A stretch of 32,000 nucleotides of DNA, taken from contig CAYXZW010000004.1 in assembly GCA_964469905.1 (NCBI GenBank), forward strand, positions 44,173 to 76,172, read 5' to 3'. Position 1 is the first letter of the stretch; every line of letters starts with the position of its first letter. The translations under genes and the position numbers were made by a program. Positions 15,735 through 23,552 of this stretch are shown piece by piece. Below the pieces are notes generated by a model. That model was not told the origin of the DNA. It ran no database searches and was given only the letters and a program-made list of their open reading frames with translations. The DNA is from an uncultured Smithella sp. (GTDB lineage Bacteria; Desulfobacterota; Syntrophia; Syntrophales; Smithellaceae).

Positions 15735-16268
15735 TTATACTCTAATTCCGCGACTTGCAAGGGTTCTTTCCGGATTAAATATTCCCTCTTTATTCCTGAC
15801 AAGAGCAAAAACAATTGGGGATAGGACAAGGAGAAATGCAAAGCCTGTGCGCCGAGAAGAAGCCCTGTTTGAACCTGTTTTACCAGAAGGTGTCACAAAG
15901 TTAAGTAGATTAATGATAAATAATACGGAAAGAGAAATCTTTGTGACTAACGCAAATAAAATACCTAGAGGATTTTGATTATCTTGAATGGTTCTGATAA
16001 CAATCCATAAAAAAAGAACAGATTCAACAATGGCAATAAATATGAAACCTATTTTATGGTTATCCTTTGATGCAAATGAAAAAACATACATGAGAATTAT
16101 AGGAACCAGACCCAGTAAAAAGACTAGCCCCAAATCATTATAATCCCGAAAGACGGTGATCTTCTGTTTGAAGCCCATAACAACTCCGATTACAACAAAG
16201 ACAACCCACGCAATCAATGTGTAGATGTTAAATATCCAGTCTGTCCAGACATACACATTAGCTTCCAT
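15735..16268 (-). CDS. polytopic membrane protein of unknown function, first gene of the TIR operon
   Basis: 177 aa with about 5 hydrophobic helices. The RBS AAGGAAAGGA precedes the ATG at 16268. Only 46 nt separate its stop from the TIR gene start. A 309-nt non-coding leader lies upstream. Confidence 0.6.
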   Translation of the reverse strand: MEANVYVWTDWIFNIYTLIAWVVFVVIGVVMGFKQKITVFRDYNDLGLVFLLGLVPIILMYVFSFASKDNHKIGFIFIAIVESVLFLWIVIRTIQDNQNPLGILFALVTKISLSVLFIINLLNFVTPSGKTGSNRASSRRTGFAFLLVLSPIVFALVRNKEGIFNPERTLASRGIRV

Positions 16269-16577
16269 TGGTGATCCTTTCCTTATTATGTTTGAGTCGA
16301 GGTTGGTATAGAAATACGGCGTGCACAGTTTTAAGTGGTGAGCTACAAATTAATGCACTATTTCGGTATTAGAAGTTGGTTCCTGATTCCACAGTAACCA
16401 ACGTTCCCGCAAGCCCCCCGTTTCATCCACCCGGGAACATCCATGTCGTTTATATCATAATCATGGGAGAAAAGGCATTATTTATTAACGATTGAAATCA
16501 AGCATTTTCATCAACGTTAACGTTTTGTGTACTTCAGGAAGCTGTCATCATCCAGCCCTGTTGATATTAGCTTTAAA

Positions 16578-17282
16578 TTAAACACCCAGATACAAAATGC
16601 TTAATGCAATGGCATATTGAGCGGCATAATAAAGTATATGGTTAATTGCAATGTACGCACTCGAGTCTTTGTTTTGATAGTATACGCCTATGAGAACAAC
16701 ATCGGACAGCAAAAACAATACAGAGCCAACTGCAAGCAATAAAGTAGCTGCCGCATAGCCCTGAATAACCGCTGCGTAGCATGCCTGTGTCATCATGTAC
16801 GAAAGGAAGAATGAATAAAGATAGGAATCAATGGTATGTTCTTTGAAATCGACTTTGAGAATATAGATGCTGATTAATATAATTGCCAATGCAATTACAA
16901 CAGCAAATATTAATGGAATCCAATTGAATCCGAAATACATGATCAATGCGGCCAAATAGAATAAATGGCCTGCAAGAAATGCCACCATTCCACCATGTTG
17001 ATATAGCGAGGATGATTCTGAATATAATATTTTGAGGTCTAAAACAATATCGCCAATCAGTCCGCAGATAAGGCCCATAGTAATCAGCATAAAAAAAGCA
17101 GTTACACCAGGACTTGGGTTGGCAATAAATGAAACAAAGGCTACTGCTATGAACAAAAAGCTGGGAATAATTTTAAGCAATACCGCCTTTACACTACCAT
17201 TACGGTCTCTGGCGATGAGGAATAGGGTTAGTGCAACAGCGCCTAAAAATATAATCACGTAAGGATATAAATGCATAAACAT
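16578..17282 (-). CDS. YhhN-family membrane protein (lysoplasmalogenase-like)
   Basis: Multi-TM protein with GLICGLIGDIVLDL and AFLAGHLFYL, matching the YhhN GD..L and GH..Y motifs. The track start at 17303 is a TTG. ATGs occur at 17282 and 17276, and the latter lies 8 nt after GAGG. Confidence 0.65.
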   Translation of the reverse strand: MFMHLYPYVIIFLGAVALTLFLIARDRNGSVKAVLLKIIPSFLFIAVAFVSFIANPSPGVTAFFMLITMGLICGLIGDIVLDLKILYSESSSLYQHGGMVAFLAGHLFYLAALIMYFGFNWIPLIFAVVIALAIILISIYILKVDFKEHTIDSYLYSFFLSYMMTQACYAAVIQGYAAATLLLAVGSVLFLLSDVVLIGVYYQNKDSSAYIAINHILYYAAQYAIALSILYLGV

Positions 17283-17286
17283 TACC

Positions 17287-17463
17287 TCATGTTTTTGATT
17301 CAATCATGGTTGCGTGAACTCTTTTCATTTCTTCCAGCAGTTCCTGTTTGCTGATGATGCCTTTTTTGTCCAGAAGATTGATCAGTGCTTCCGATTGAAT
17401 GACTTCGGACATCAGCAATTCTTTGAAGTTGACGAGTTCTTTTGGATCAAGTTTTTCCGCCAT
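17287..17463 (-). CDS. small hypothetical protein (58 aa), below the ORF-track length cutoff
   Basis: My manual translation is MAEKLDPKELVNFKELLMSEVIQSEALINLLDKKGIISKQELLEEMKRVHATMIESKT*. AGGA lies 9 nt before the ATG at 17463. Its TGA (17287-17289) falls among the candidate starts of the downstream YhhN gene (TTG 17303, ATGs 17282 and 17276), so the two ORFs abut or overlap. The helical, charged composition looks protein-like. Confidence 0.4.
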   Translation of the reverse strand: MAEKLDPKELVNFKELLMSEVIQSEALINLLDKKGIISKQELLEEMKRVHATMIESKT

Positions 17464-17486
17464 TAAATGTTTTCCTTTCTATATGT

Positions 17487-18260
17487 TTACCACAGTCCTT
17501 GTGCCTTATTCGTCTCGATGATATCCTGATCTTGTTTGTTAATATTGGACAAGAAATCTAGTCCTGTCTTTGATTCTACTTCCCGGATCGTCACAATATA
17601 GTTAGGCATGTTCTTCGTTTCTAATTTCTCATTGGGCATGATGAAGGCAATGGCTTCTGCTTTATTTGGATCATATACTATCTTATAGAGATGTGTCGGT
17701 ACTGCCACTTTGTTATTTCCAATTGTTTCTTTAACTCCGTCTTCATAAATTGGTCCGGTAAAAACATATAACTCATTTCGATCAATTGCCCATCCCCGGA
17801 TATACTCTTCCAGGTTCTTCCATATCCCTTGATTCATACCTTTGCCGACTTGGGGCACCATATTGGAAAGATAAAAACATTCCACCATCGCCTGTTGATC
17901 CCAGCGCATATCAGCAGATGGTGCCATGTGTCCTCTGTCATAACCACTTTTTTTATAATCTGAGAGTTCTGCTCGTTTTCCTTCTTCCAAATCGGGATCA
18001 GGTTGAAACTTATTATATCGTGGAATATTGCCTTTTGCTTTTTCCGCTGTCAGATGTTCAATAACCCATATGGGCGTTTTATATTCAGAGCTATGGGCTA
18101 AAAGAAAACCTTTTCTACAGAGTAGTTCTCCATTCTTGCCTGGTATGCCAAGCTTGGCATATTCCTCACAATCGTCAATTGGGCCGGCAAGAGCTATGTT
18201 TAAACTTAAAATGAAGGCAATGATTGCAAATAAAGCTGTCTTTCTATTCAATACAGTCAT
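17487..18260 (-). CDS. secreted DNA/RNA non-specific endonuclease (Serratia NucA/EndoG family)
   Basis: Signal-peptide-like N-terminus (ALFAIIAFILSLNIALAG). SGYDRGHMAPSAD (DRGH catalytic His) and LSNMVPQ (Mg-binding Asn) are the family's beta-beta-alpha-Me motifs. AAGGA lies 8 nt before the ATG. Confidence 0.9.
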   Translation of the reverse strand: MTVLNRKTALFAIIAFILSLNIALAGPIDDCEEYAKLGIPGKNGELLCRKGFLLAHSSEYKTPIWVIEHLTAEKAKGNIPRYNKFQPDPDLEEGKRAELSDYKKSGYDRGHMAPSADMRWDQQAMVECFYLSNMVPQVGKGMNQGIWKNLEEYIRGWAIDRNELYVFTGPIYEDGVKETIGNNKVAVPTHLYKIVYDPNKAEAIAFIMPNEKLETKNMPNYIVTIREVESKTGLDFLSNINKQDQDIIETNKAQGLW

Positions 18261-18525
18261 TCTTATATCCTTCCAACAATTCCCGGATAATCGGTTTTAT
18301 ATAGATCTCACTGACATCAAATTGCCGTAGTGCTTTAATCATAACATGAATCTTATCTTTGACTGTAGCCTTGGAATTAAGAATCAGAATGTATTTCCCT
18401 TCAAAACGGCAGATACCTCCGGTGCTCGATGATTCCTCTAAATTCATATTTTCATCACGAACTAATATTTCAAGTTTTTCTGCCAGTTCTTCAAGTTGAT
18501 TTAAAAGGACTTCGTCATTCATCAT
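18244..18525 (-). CDS. small cytoplasmic hypothetical protein overlapping the nuclease gene start
   Basis: 93-aa ORF with no signal peptide. Its 3' end overlaps the nuclease ATG by 17 nt. The protein has an acidic helical N-terminus. I recognise no family. Confidence 0.5.
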   Translation of the reverse strand: MMNDEVLLNQLEELAEKLEILVRDENMNLEESSSTGGICRFEGKYILILNSKATVKDKIHVMIKALRQFDVSEIYIKPIIRELLEGYKNDCIE

Positions 18526-18603
18526 CCGGTTTAAAAACCCTGTTAGTTAGATTGATGATCATTATGTGTAAAATCTAATGCTTATTATGAAGCACATTAC
18601 CGG

Positions 18604-18939
18604 TTATGATCTTTTAACTTTGATATTTTCCATCTCGAAGGTTCTGTATTCACCGGTATCTTGATCATAGGCTTCAATATTTGTTTCGTCTAAGGTCTTT
18701 ACAATGGACATGATTTCAATAGTATGATGATTGCTGTCCTCATTATCATAAATTTGAATAATGACTCCAGAAGCGAGCGAAGATATATCTGAATCATCAA
18801 TCTCGATGTAATTGCCGGTATCGTAATCAAAGCCGTCCCATGAGAATCCAGATAAAGGGAATATGAGACTTAAGATCATTATAAGGCAGATCATGCTAAG
18901 ACTTATCTGCGTCCAACTATTAAATCTGCTTTTGTTCAT
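18604..18939 (-). CDS. small exported or membrane-anchored hypothetical protein
   Basis: 111 aa with a hydrophobic N-terminal segment (ISLSMICLIMILSLIFPLSGF), followed by an acidic domain with repeated D-x-D/TG-x-Y elements (FDYDTGNYIEI ... YDQDTGEYRTFEM). Confidence 0.5.
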   Translation of the reverse strand: MNKSRFNSWTQISLSMICLIMILSLIFPLSGFSWDGFDYDTGNYIEIDDSDISSLASGVIIQIYDNEDSNHHTIEIMSIVKTLDETNIEAYDQDTGEYRTFEMENIKVKRS

Positions 18940-18967
18940 ATAGCCTTCGAGTTTATTTGATCATTTG

Positions 18968-19252
18968 TTATTTGGCGTTTAAGGCATCCTTCAATACCAA
19001 TGACGGTTTAAATGTAACAACCTTTCTTGCTTCAATCATCATGGGATCACCAGTCTGCGGGTTCCGGCCATTGCGTTCTCTCTTGGACCTGACAGTCCAT
19101 TTGCCGAATCCAGAGATATTTACTGGATTGCCTTTTTCTAGTTCATCTTTGATTAGATCGAAGACCGACTCGACAGCTGATACAAATATCTTTTTTGATA
19201 AAATTGTTTGTTCGGAGTGAAAGTCCATAAGATCTTTTTTAGTCAGTGCCAT
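18968..19252 (-). CDS. HU/IHF-family DNA-binding protein
   Basis: 94 aa. GFGKWTVRSKRERNGRNPQTGDPMMIEARKVVTFKPS is the canonical beta-arm motif (GFG.F......R.GRNP.TG....I.A..V..FK.S). A strong RBS AAGGAG precedes the ATG at 19252. Confidence 0.9.
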   Translation of the reverse strand: MALTKKDLMDFHSEQTILSKKIFVSAVESVFDLIKDELEKGNPVNISGFGKWTVRSKRERNGRNPQTGDPMMIEARKVVTFKPSLVLKDALNAK

Positions 19253-19313
19253 AATGATGCTCCTTGGTAATCTATAAATAATCTAATCTTGAGGGTAAAA
19301 TGATTGCAATATA

Positions 19314-19350
19314 TGGAAAAGAGAAAACCCCAGAAAACTTATCTGGGGCC
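19314..19350 (-). terminator. Rho-independent terminator after the ComEA-like gene
   Basis: Minus-strand RNA reads GGCCCCAGA-UAAGUUU-UCUGGGG followed by UUUUCUCUUUUCC. The stem corresponds to 19328-19334 and 19342-19348 on the plus strand. It starts about 20 nt after the TAG at 19371-19373. Confidence 0.75.
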
Positions 19351-19370
19351 TTCTTTCGAGAATATTAAAA

Positions 19371-19733
19371 CTATTTCTTTTTCGGTGCTTGCTTAGCTAT
19401 AATCATGTCACTGATCTTGTCGTAAGTTGCACCAGGGATGATCTTCTTGGATTTCAATTGATCCTTTTTTGCATAAGGACGTCCGTCAATGATCTTCTGG
19501 GAATAGGCATCACCGATACCGGGAAGTGATGTCAATTCTGCTTTACTGGCTGTGTTGATGTCGATTAAAGCAGCTTTTACATCGGCCTTTTTATCGACAG
19601 CTTTTTCTGCAACCGCTTTTACTGCTGGTGGTGTCGGTTTTACCGGTGCTTTAGGATCTGCTGCAAATCCAACTGTGCTGATGAATAACAGCGAAACGAC
19701 AATGGCAATAATTCTGAACATATTTTTCTTCAT
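19371..19733 (-). CDS. secreted ComEA-like helix-hairpin-helix DNA-binding protein
   Basis: Signal peptide (MFRIIAIVVSLLFISTVGFA), a Pro/Ala/Lys-rich linker, then IDINTASKAELTSLPGIGDAYSQKIIDGRPY, the ComEA-type HhH motif. Confidence 0.8.
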   Translation of the reverse strand: MKKNMFRIIAIVVSLLFISTVGFAADPKAPVKPTPPAVKAVAEKAVDKKADVKAALIDINTASKAELTSLPGIGDAYSQKIIDGRPYAKKDQLKSKKIIPGATYDKISDMIIAKQAPKKK

Positions 19734-19980
19734 AAAAAGTACCTTCCTTCTTTTGTTAGATTGAAAAGCATTATCATGAATATGATTGATGTTGTCAATG
19801 AGTAAATCGAGATAACATTTGGCAGGATATATGGACTTATATTTTCTTTAAAAAACAGTATTTTTAAGATAATTGACGATTTCTTAAAAATAATTTCTAT
19901 GGTTTTTTGCAGAAATTTAATGGATAAAAATAATTGTAAAAATGACTTATTTAGAACGCTTAAAATCAAAAACAGATAAA

Positions 19981-20037
19981 ATCCTTGCTTCAAAACACCT
20001 AATCCTTACCGACTTAGAGCCAATCCTTGCCGACTTT
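19981..20037. repeat. three direct copies of AATCCTT(G/A)C, the last two extended to AATCCTT(A/G)CCGACTT and spaced 21 bp apart
   Basis: aatccttgc at 19981, aatccttaccgactt at 20002-20016, and aatccttgccgactt at 20023-20037. They lie in the intergenic region between the ComEA/HU block and the AT-rich island. Confidence 0.6.
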
Positions 20038-20201
20038 TGGCACCTGTTTTTTGCTTCCTGTGGTTAGTACAGGAAATCTGGATATTCACCAAATTTCTCT
20101 AAAATAAAAATGTTTTCTTTATAGGATTTCTTGGAAATATTTACTAGCTTACTATTTGTATAAATGGATTTACCTCTTCCATACCGTTTACACAAAATTA
20201 T

Positions 20202-21176
20202 CTACACTCCCAACTTAAGCCATTTTTTTAACCTTTCAAATTCATTTTTTGTTCTAATTAAAAAACTAATACCATCCCGCCATTCACTAATTTCAATTTT
20301 ATCCCCAAATAATTCGATTATCTTATCTGTACCTTCTTGTTTATTATCTATTCCAGTGTAAACATTTATATACTTTTCTCTAAAATTCAAGCTAATCCAA
20401 TTAAATCCATCAAAACCTTTTTTTATGTTACCAAATCTTCTTCTTTTTGGATCACCTTCGAGATGTTTTCTGCACAGATTAATACCTTCTTCTGCAAAAT
20501 CATATTTTAAGTGTGATATTATCTCTTCCCAAGTAATATTTTTATCTTGTCTTTTATCATTATTTTTTCTTCTGGGTTCATAAGATTCAGTAAGTTCTTT
20601 TAAAGGATATTTTTGTTCTGTATCAAGAATTAACTGATCATTTATTTTATGCAAACTAATCGAAAATGCAGTGATATTCATCTTATATTGTTTGGTTAAC
20701 CAATCTGCAGTTATAATTACTTCTGGGTCATAATATTCTGCAATTAAAATAATTTTGATTTCTTCGTTTATTTCAGAAGTTTTTTCTATTATGTCTTTCA
20801 CTTCGCTGGAATTCTCTTGATTAATAGTTTGTATATTTCTTAAAATTCTTTCGGAGTCCCAATTCGAAATCATAGCAGCATATGATAGTGATTGAAGAAG
20901 TTGAAATTTATTCTTATCTCTCTTTAATTCAATAATAATTAATGATGCATCATCTTGGTCAAATGCTAATATATCTATCGAATCCTGTACTGTTTCATGA
21001 GGTTTAATTTCTTGTCCTACGAAAAGTGCTGTTGGAATTCCGATTTCATTTTTAAATGTTTCCCACGAATTTACAATTAGTTGCTGCAAATCATATCTTT
21101 CAAGGATTTTTTCTTGTTTTAATTCTGTTTCTTTTAATTTTTCAAATTTTCTTGACGATAAATCAACTTTTAACAA
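20202..21176 (-). CDS. NucS/DUF91-like PD-(D/E)xK nuclease-domain protein
   Basis: EKILERYDLQQLIVNSWETF...LFVGQEI...DSIDILAFDQDDASLIIIELKRDKNKFQLLQSLSYAAM fits the E..L...I...(x)..riDiLa.D..g.lviiElKr......Q.l.Y pattern of NucS-type nuclease domains. The TTG start at 21176 is supported by AAGGAGG 5 nt upstream. Confidence 0.6.
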   Translation of the reverse strand: MLKVDLSSRKFEKLKETELKQEKILERYDLQQLIVNSWETFKNEIGIPTALFVGQEIKPHETVQDSIDILAFDQDDASLIIIELKRDKNKFQLLQSLSYAAMISNWDSERILRNIQTINQENSSEVKDIIEKTSEINEEIKIILIAEYYDPEVIITADWLTKQYKMNITAFSISLHKINDQLILDTEQKYPLKELTESYEPRRKNNDKRQDKNITWEEIISHLKYDFAEEGINLCRKHLEGDPKRRRFGNIKKGFDGFNWISLNFREKYINVYTGIDNKQEGTDKIIELFGDKIEISEWRDGISFLIRTKNEFERLKKWLKLGV

Positions 21177-21257
21177 AATATCCTCCTTCTGTGTCGTTTA
21201 ACATTTTATTAGGCGAATCGTTATCATTATGTCAAAAAATATTGTACTGAAAATATA

Positions 21258-22211
21258 TTAATTTTCATATCTGCAATATTCATTTACGCCACATATATTG
21301 CATCTTGGATTCTTTTCAAGGCAGATTCCACCGTTTTTTAAACCAAATCCTTCTTCGTCTCCCATTTGGCCATATTTAACCATTATAATATCTATGTAAC
21401 GAATTGGTTCTTGAATTTGGCGTGAAAATTCTTTGCCAACGTTCACTGCTTGTTCTATGTTTTTTTCATCGTTAATCAATCCAAGTCTGAATAATATTCT
21501 ACAAATTACTCTATCCGGCTTCCATACATTTAGTCCCAAATCCAGCATGAAATGATAAGCTGTAACTGGACCGATATACTCAAATTGCATTAAATCTTTT
21601 TTTAATTGATCAAGTGTTTTGTCATCTCGCAAGTCACCAAATCTTTCCAAATAATTTATGAAGGAACCATGCTTTGTTACTAACTTGTGAAATATTTTTG
21701 CATTCTGAATGCAGGCTTCAATTTTCCTTTTATAATGAATAGTGTTCGGATCTTTAAGAACAGTGTTTATTTCAGATTGGGAATAATTTATTACTGTTTT
21801 GTAGTCATTAAAATATTTTCTAATTGCAGGAAGCTTTGGTGTTACCGTTGCTGCTTTCATTCCCGAATAAAAGGTAACTGGTACCAATAACCAATAGATG
21901 TCGTTGTCTGAATAATTCTTGTAATTATACTTCTTGAACTTACCCCAATATTTTTCAAATTCCTCATCAGAAAAGGAACATTCTTTTTTAATTGTTGTCT
22001 CTATTCTATAAAATATATCCTTAAAATCTGATGTATTAATATTTTTAGGAACATTTAAATAAGTTCTAAGATCACCTTTGGACTTTGCATTTCTGTTCGT
22101 CTCAATTATTTTCTGATTATCTGCATCCAGGTGGTTTTCTGTTTTTATGCCGCACGAGAAACAGTATTTGTCTGTTTGTTTTATCTTCGTACCACAATTA
22201 GAACAGAACAT
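21258..22211 (-). CDS. HhH-superfamily DNA glycosylase: Tag-like core, N-terminal zinc ribbon, C-terminal EndoIII-type 4-Cys cluster
   Basis: N-terminal CSNCGTKIKQTDKYCFSCG (CxxC-x11-CxxC). IHYKRKIEACIQNAKIFHKLVTKHGSFINYLERF resembles the Tag motif (RNR.KI.A.I.NA......E.GSF..Y.W.F). IGPVTAYHFMLDLGL is HhH-like. The terminal CLEKNPRCNICGVNEYC has C-x6-C-x2-C-x5-C spacing, as in the EndoIII/MutY [4Fe-4S] loop. Confidence 0.65.
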   Translation of the reverse strand: MFCSNCGTKIKQTDKYCFSCGIKTENHLDADNQKIIETNRNAKSKGDLRTYLNVPKNINTSDFKDIFYRIETTIKKECSFSDEEFEKYWGKFKKYNYKNYSDNDIYWLLVPVTFYSGMKAATVTPKLPAIRKYFNDYKTVINYSQSEINTVLKDPNTIHYKRKIEACIQNAKIFHKLVTKHGSFINYLERFGDLRDDKTLDQLKKDLMQFEYIGPVTAYHFMLDLGLNVWKPDRVICRILFRLGLINDEKNIEQAVNVGKEFSRQIQEPIRYIDIIMVKYGQMGDEEGFGLKNGGICLEKNPRCNICGVNEYCRYEN

Positions 22212-22303
22212 AATTATTCTCTTTTTAAGATAATACTCATTACCTTTAAAACTCTAATCAACTTATCTCTGGCCTTATAATGTATGTGGTTATAGCATTC
22301 TGT

Positions 22304-23365
22304 CTATGGTTTATAAATTGGAAATATGGTTGGCTTCAATTCAACATGAATATCTTCCTTGCTCAAATATAAGTTCATCACACCTGGCGCATTAGCATCG
22401 TTGTCTGATAGAGGCCACAATAAAATATGATCTCCCACGTAATCTCCATCACAAATATCAAGAGAAATAATCAGACAATCATCTTTCCACTTTCGTGATC
22501 TAAATATTTTCTTGCTCTTTCCGATATTACCATGTTTATCGACAGCAGCAGTATCTACGACGGTTTCCTTTTTCCATTCATCACTCATTTTGAACAACCG
22601 AACATTCGCTTTGAATTCGGTTAGCTGTTGGATATTATCTACTTCTACTGGCTGTATTATTGTCCGCTCTTTATCTTTTTGATATCTTAATACATTTCTG
22701 CATACTTCAAGAAATTCATCTAGCTTTAAATCATTCTTGCAATCGTTCAGACGCCATGAACAAATTCGAAAAGTCGGATGATCATAGTCACCATCAAAGT
22801 GGTCAATCGTTGGTAAATTCCCAAATTTCTTTTTGTACTCTCGTTTACCTGCTTTTGAATCTTCGTTGTCGTATTTACTAATTAATGTCCAGTTTAATGG
22901 TTCTCCTGTATATGCATCATATTGTCCACCATTTAAAACAGCTTGGTGAATGGCTTGCTTATATGAAGAGCATGAAATATTCTTTATCCTCCTTTTTGAA
23001 TCTCTTTTGAAATGAGCCATAGCCTTCCGATGTAACCATCTTTTGTATTGTTCAGAAGTACAAACATTAACAAGGAAAGGCGGCAATAAGTATCGTTTTT
23101 CTGTTGCATATCGTTCCACCTTATTTACGAGGAACTGCAAGGCTTTATTTGGAACTTTGGTGTAATTATAAAGGCCTTTTATTTTGTAAGAGCCAGATTC
23201 AGTAACATTCTCGAAGACTCTATAAAAATCATTCTTCGTCATCTGAAATATTCCGTCAGGTGTTTCGACACAGAAATAGTCGTGCACATCTAACGGTTCG
23301 ATTAAATCACGTTTGAAAGTAAGTCGTGAATATCCGTAAGTGACTTTAGGTCTATCTGTCGGCAT
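22304..23365 (-). CDS. hypothetical protein with an HNH-like nuclease motif
   Basis: LPTIDHFDGDYDHPTFRICSWRLNDCKNDL fits the DH...N...N..K His-Me finger spacing. The ATG at 23365 lies 8 nt after GGAGG; the track start at 23368 is a TTG one codon upstream. Confidence 0.5.
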   Translation of the reverse strand: MPTDRPKVTYGYSRLTFKRDLIEPLDVHDYFCVETPDGIFQMTKNDFYRVFENVTESGSYKIKGLYNYTKVPNKALQFLVNKVERYATEKRYLLPPFLVNVCTSEQYKRWLHRKAMAHFKRDSKRRIKNISCSSYKQAIHQAVLNGGQYDAYTGEPLNWTLISKYDNEDSKAGKREYKKKFGNLPTIDHFDGDYDHPTFRICSWRLNDCKNDLKLDEFLEVCRNVLRYQKDKERTIIQPVEVDNIQQLTEFKANVRLFKMSDEWKKETVVDTAAVDKHGNIGKSKKIFRSRKWKDDCLIISLDICDGDYVGDHILLWPLSDNDANAPGVMNLYLSKEDIHVELKPTIFPIYKP

Positions 23366-23552
23366 CAAAATACCTCCAAAGTTTTACTCATTACAATAAT
23401 GTTTCTTTAATTGATATTTTAGCAAAAATAACTACGTTCAGCACATCTTTCGTGTTAAGCGTTCTAGCGTTTTTTGCTTCTGCTTACTCATTTTTTTCAG
23501 AATAGTGATTTAGTTAGATCTTGTACTGTTTAATCAATGTTAAATGTAAATC

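Noticed and set aside
19730-19993. 87-aa minus-strand ORF upstream of the ComEA-like gene.
   Set aside because: It has an extremely AT-rich, low-complexity Ile/Leu/Phe/Lys translation, no RBS and no motif. It lies in what is more likely the promoter region of the ComEA-like gene.
20055-20075. 7-bp stem hairpin (TTCCTGT-ggttagt-ACAGGAA) downstream of the NucS-like gene, considered as a terminator.
   Set aside because: On the minus (coding) strand it is followed by GCAAAAAAC rather than a U-tract. On the plus strand the T-run precedes the stem. It is not a canonical intrinsic terminator in either orientation.
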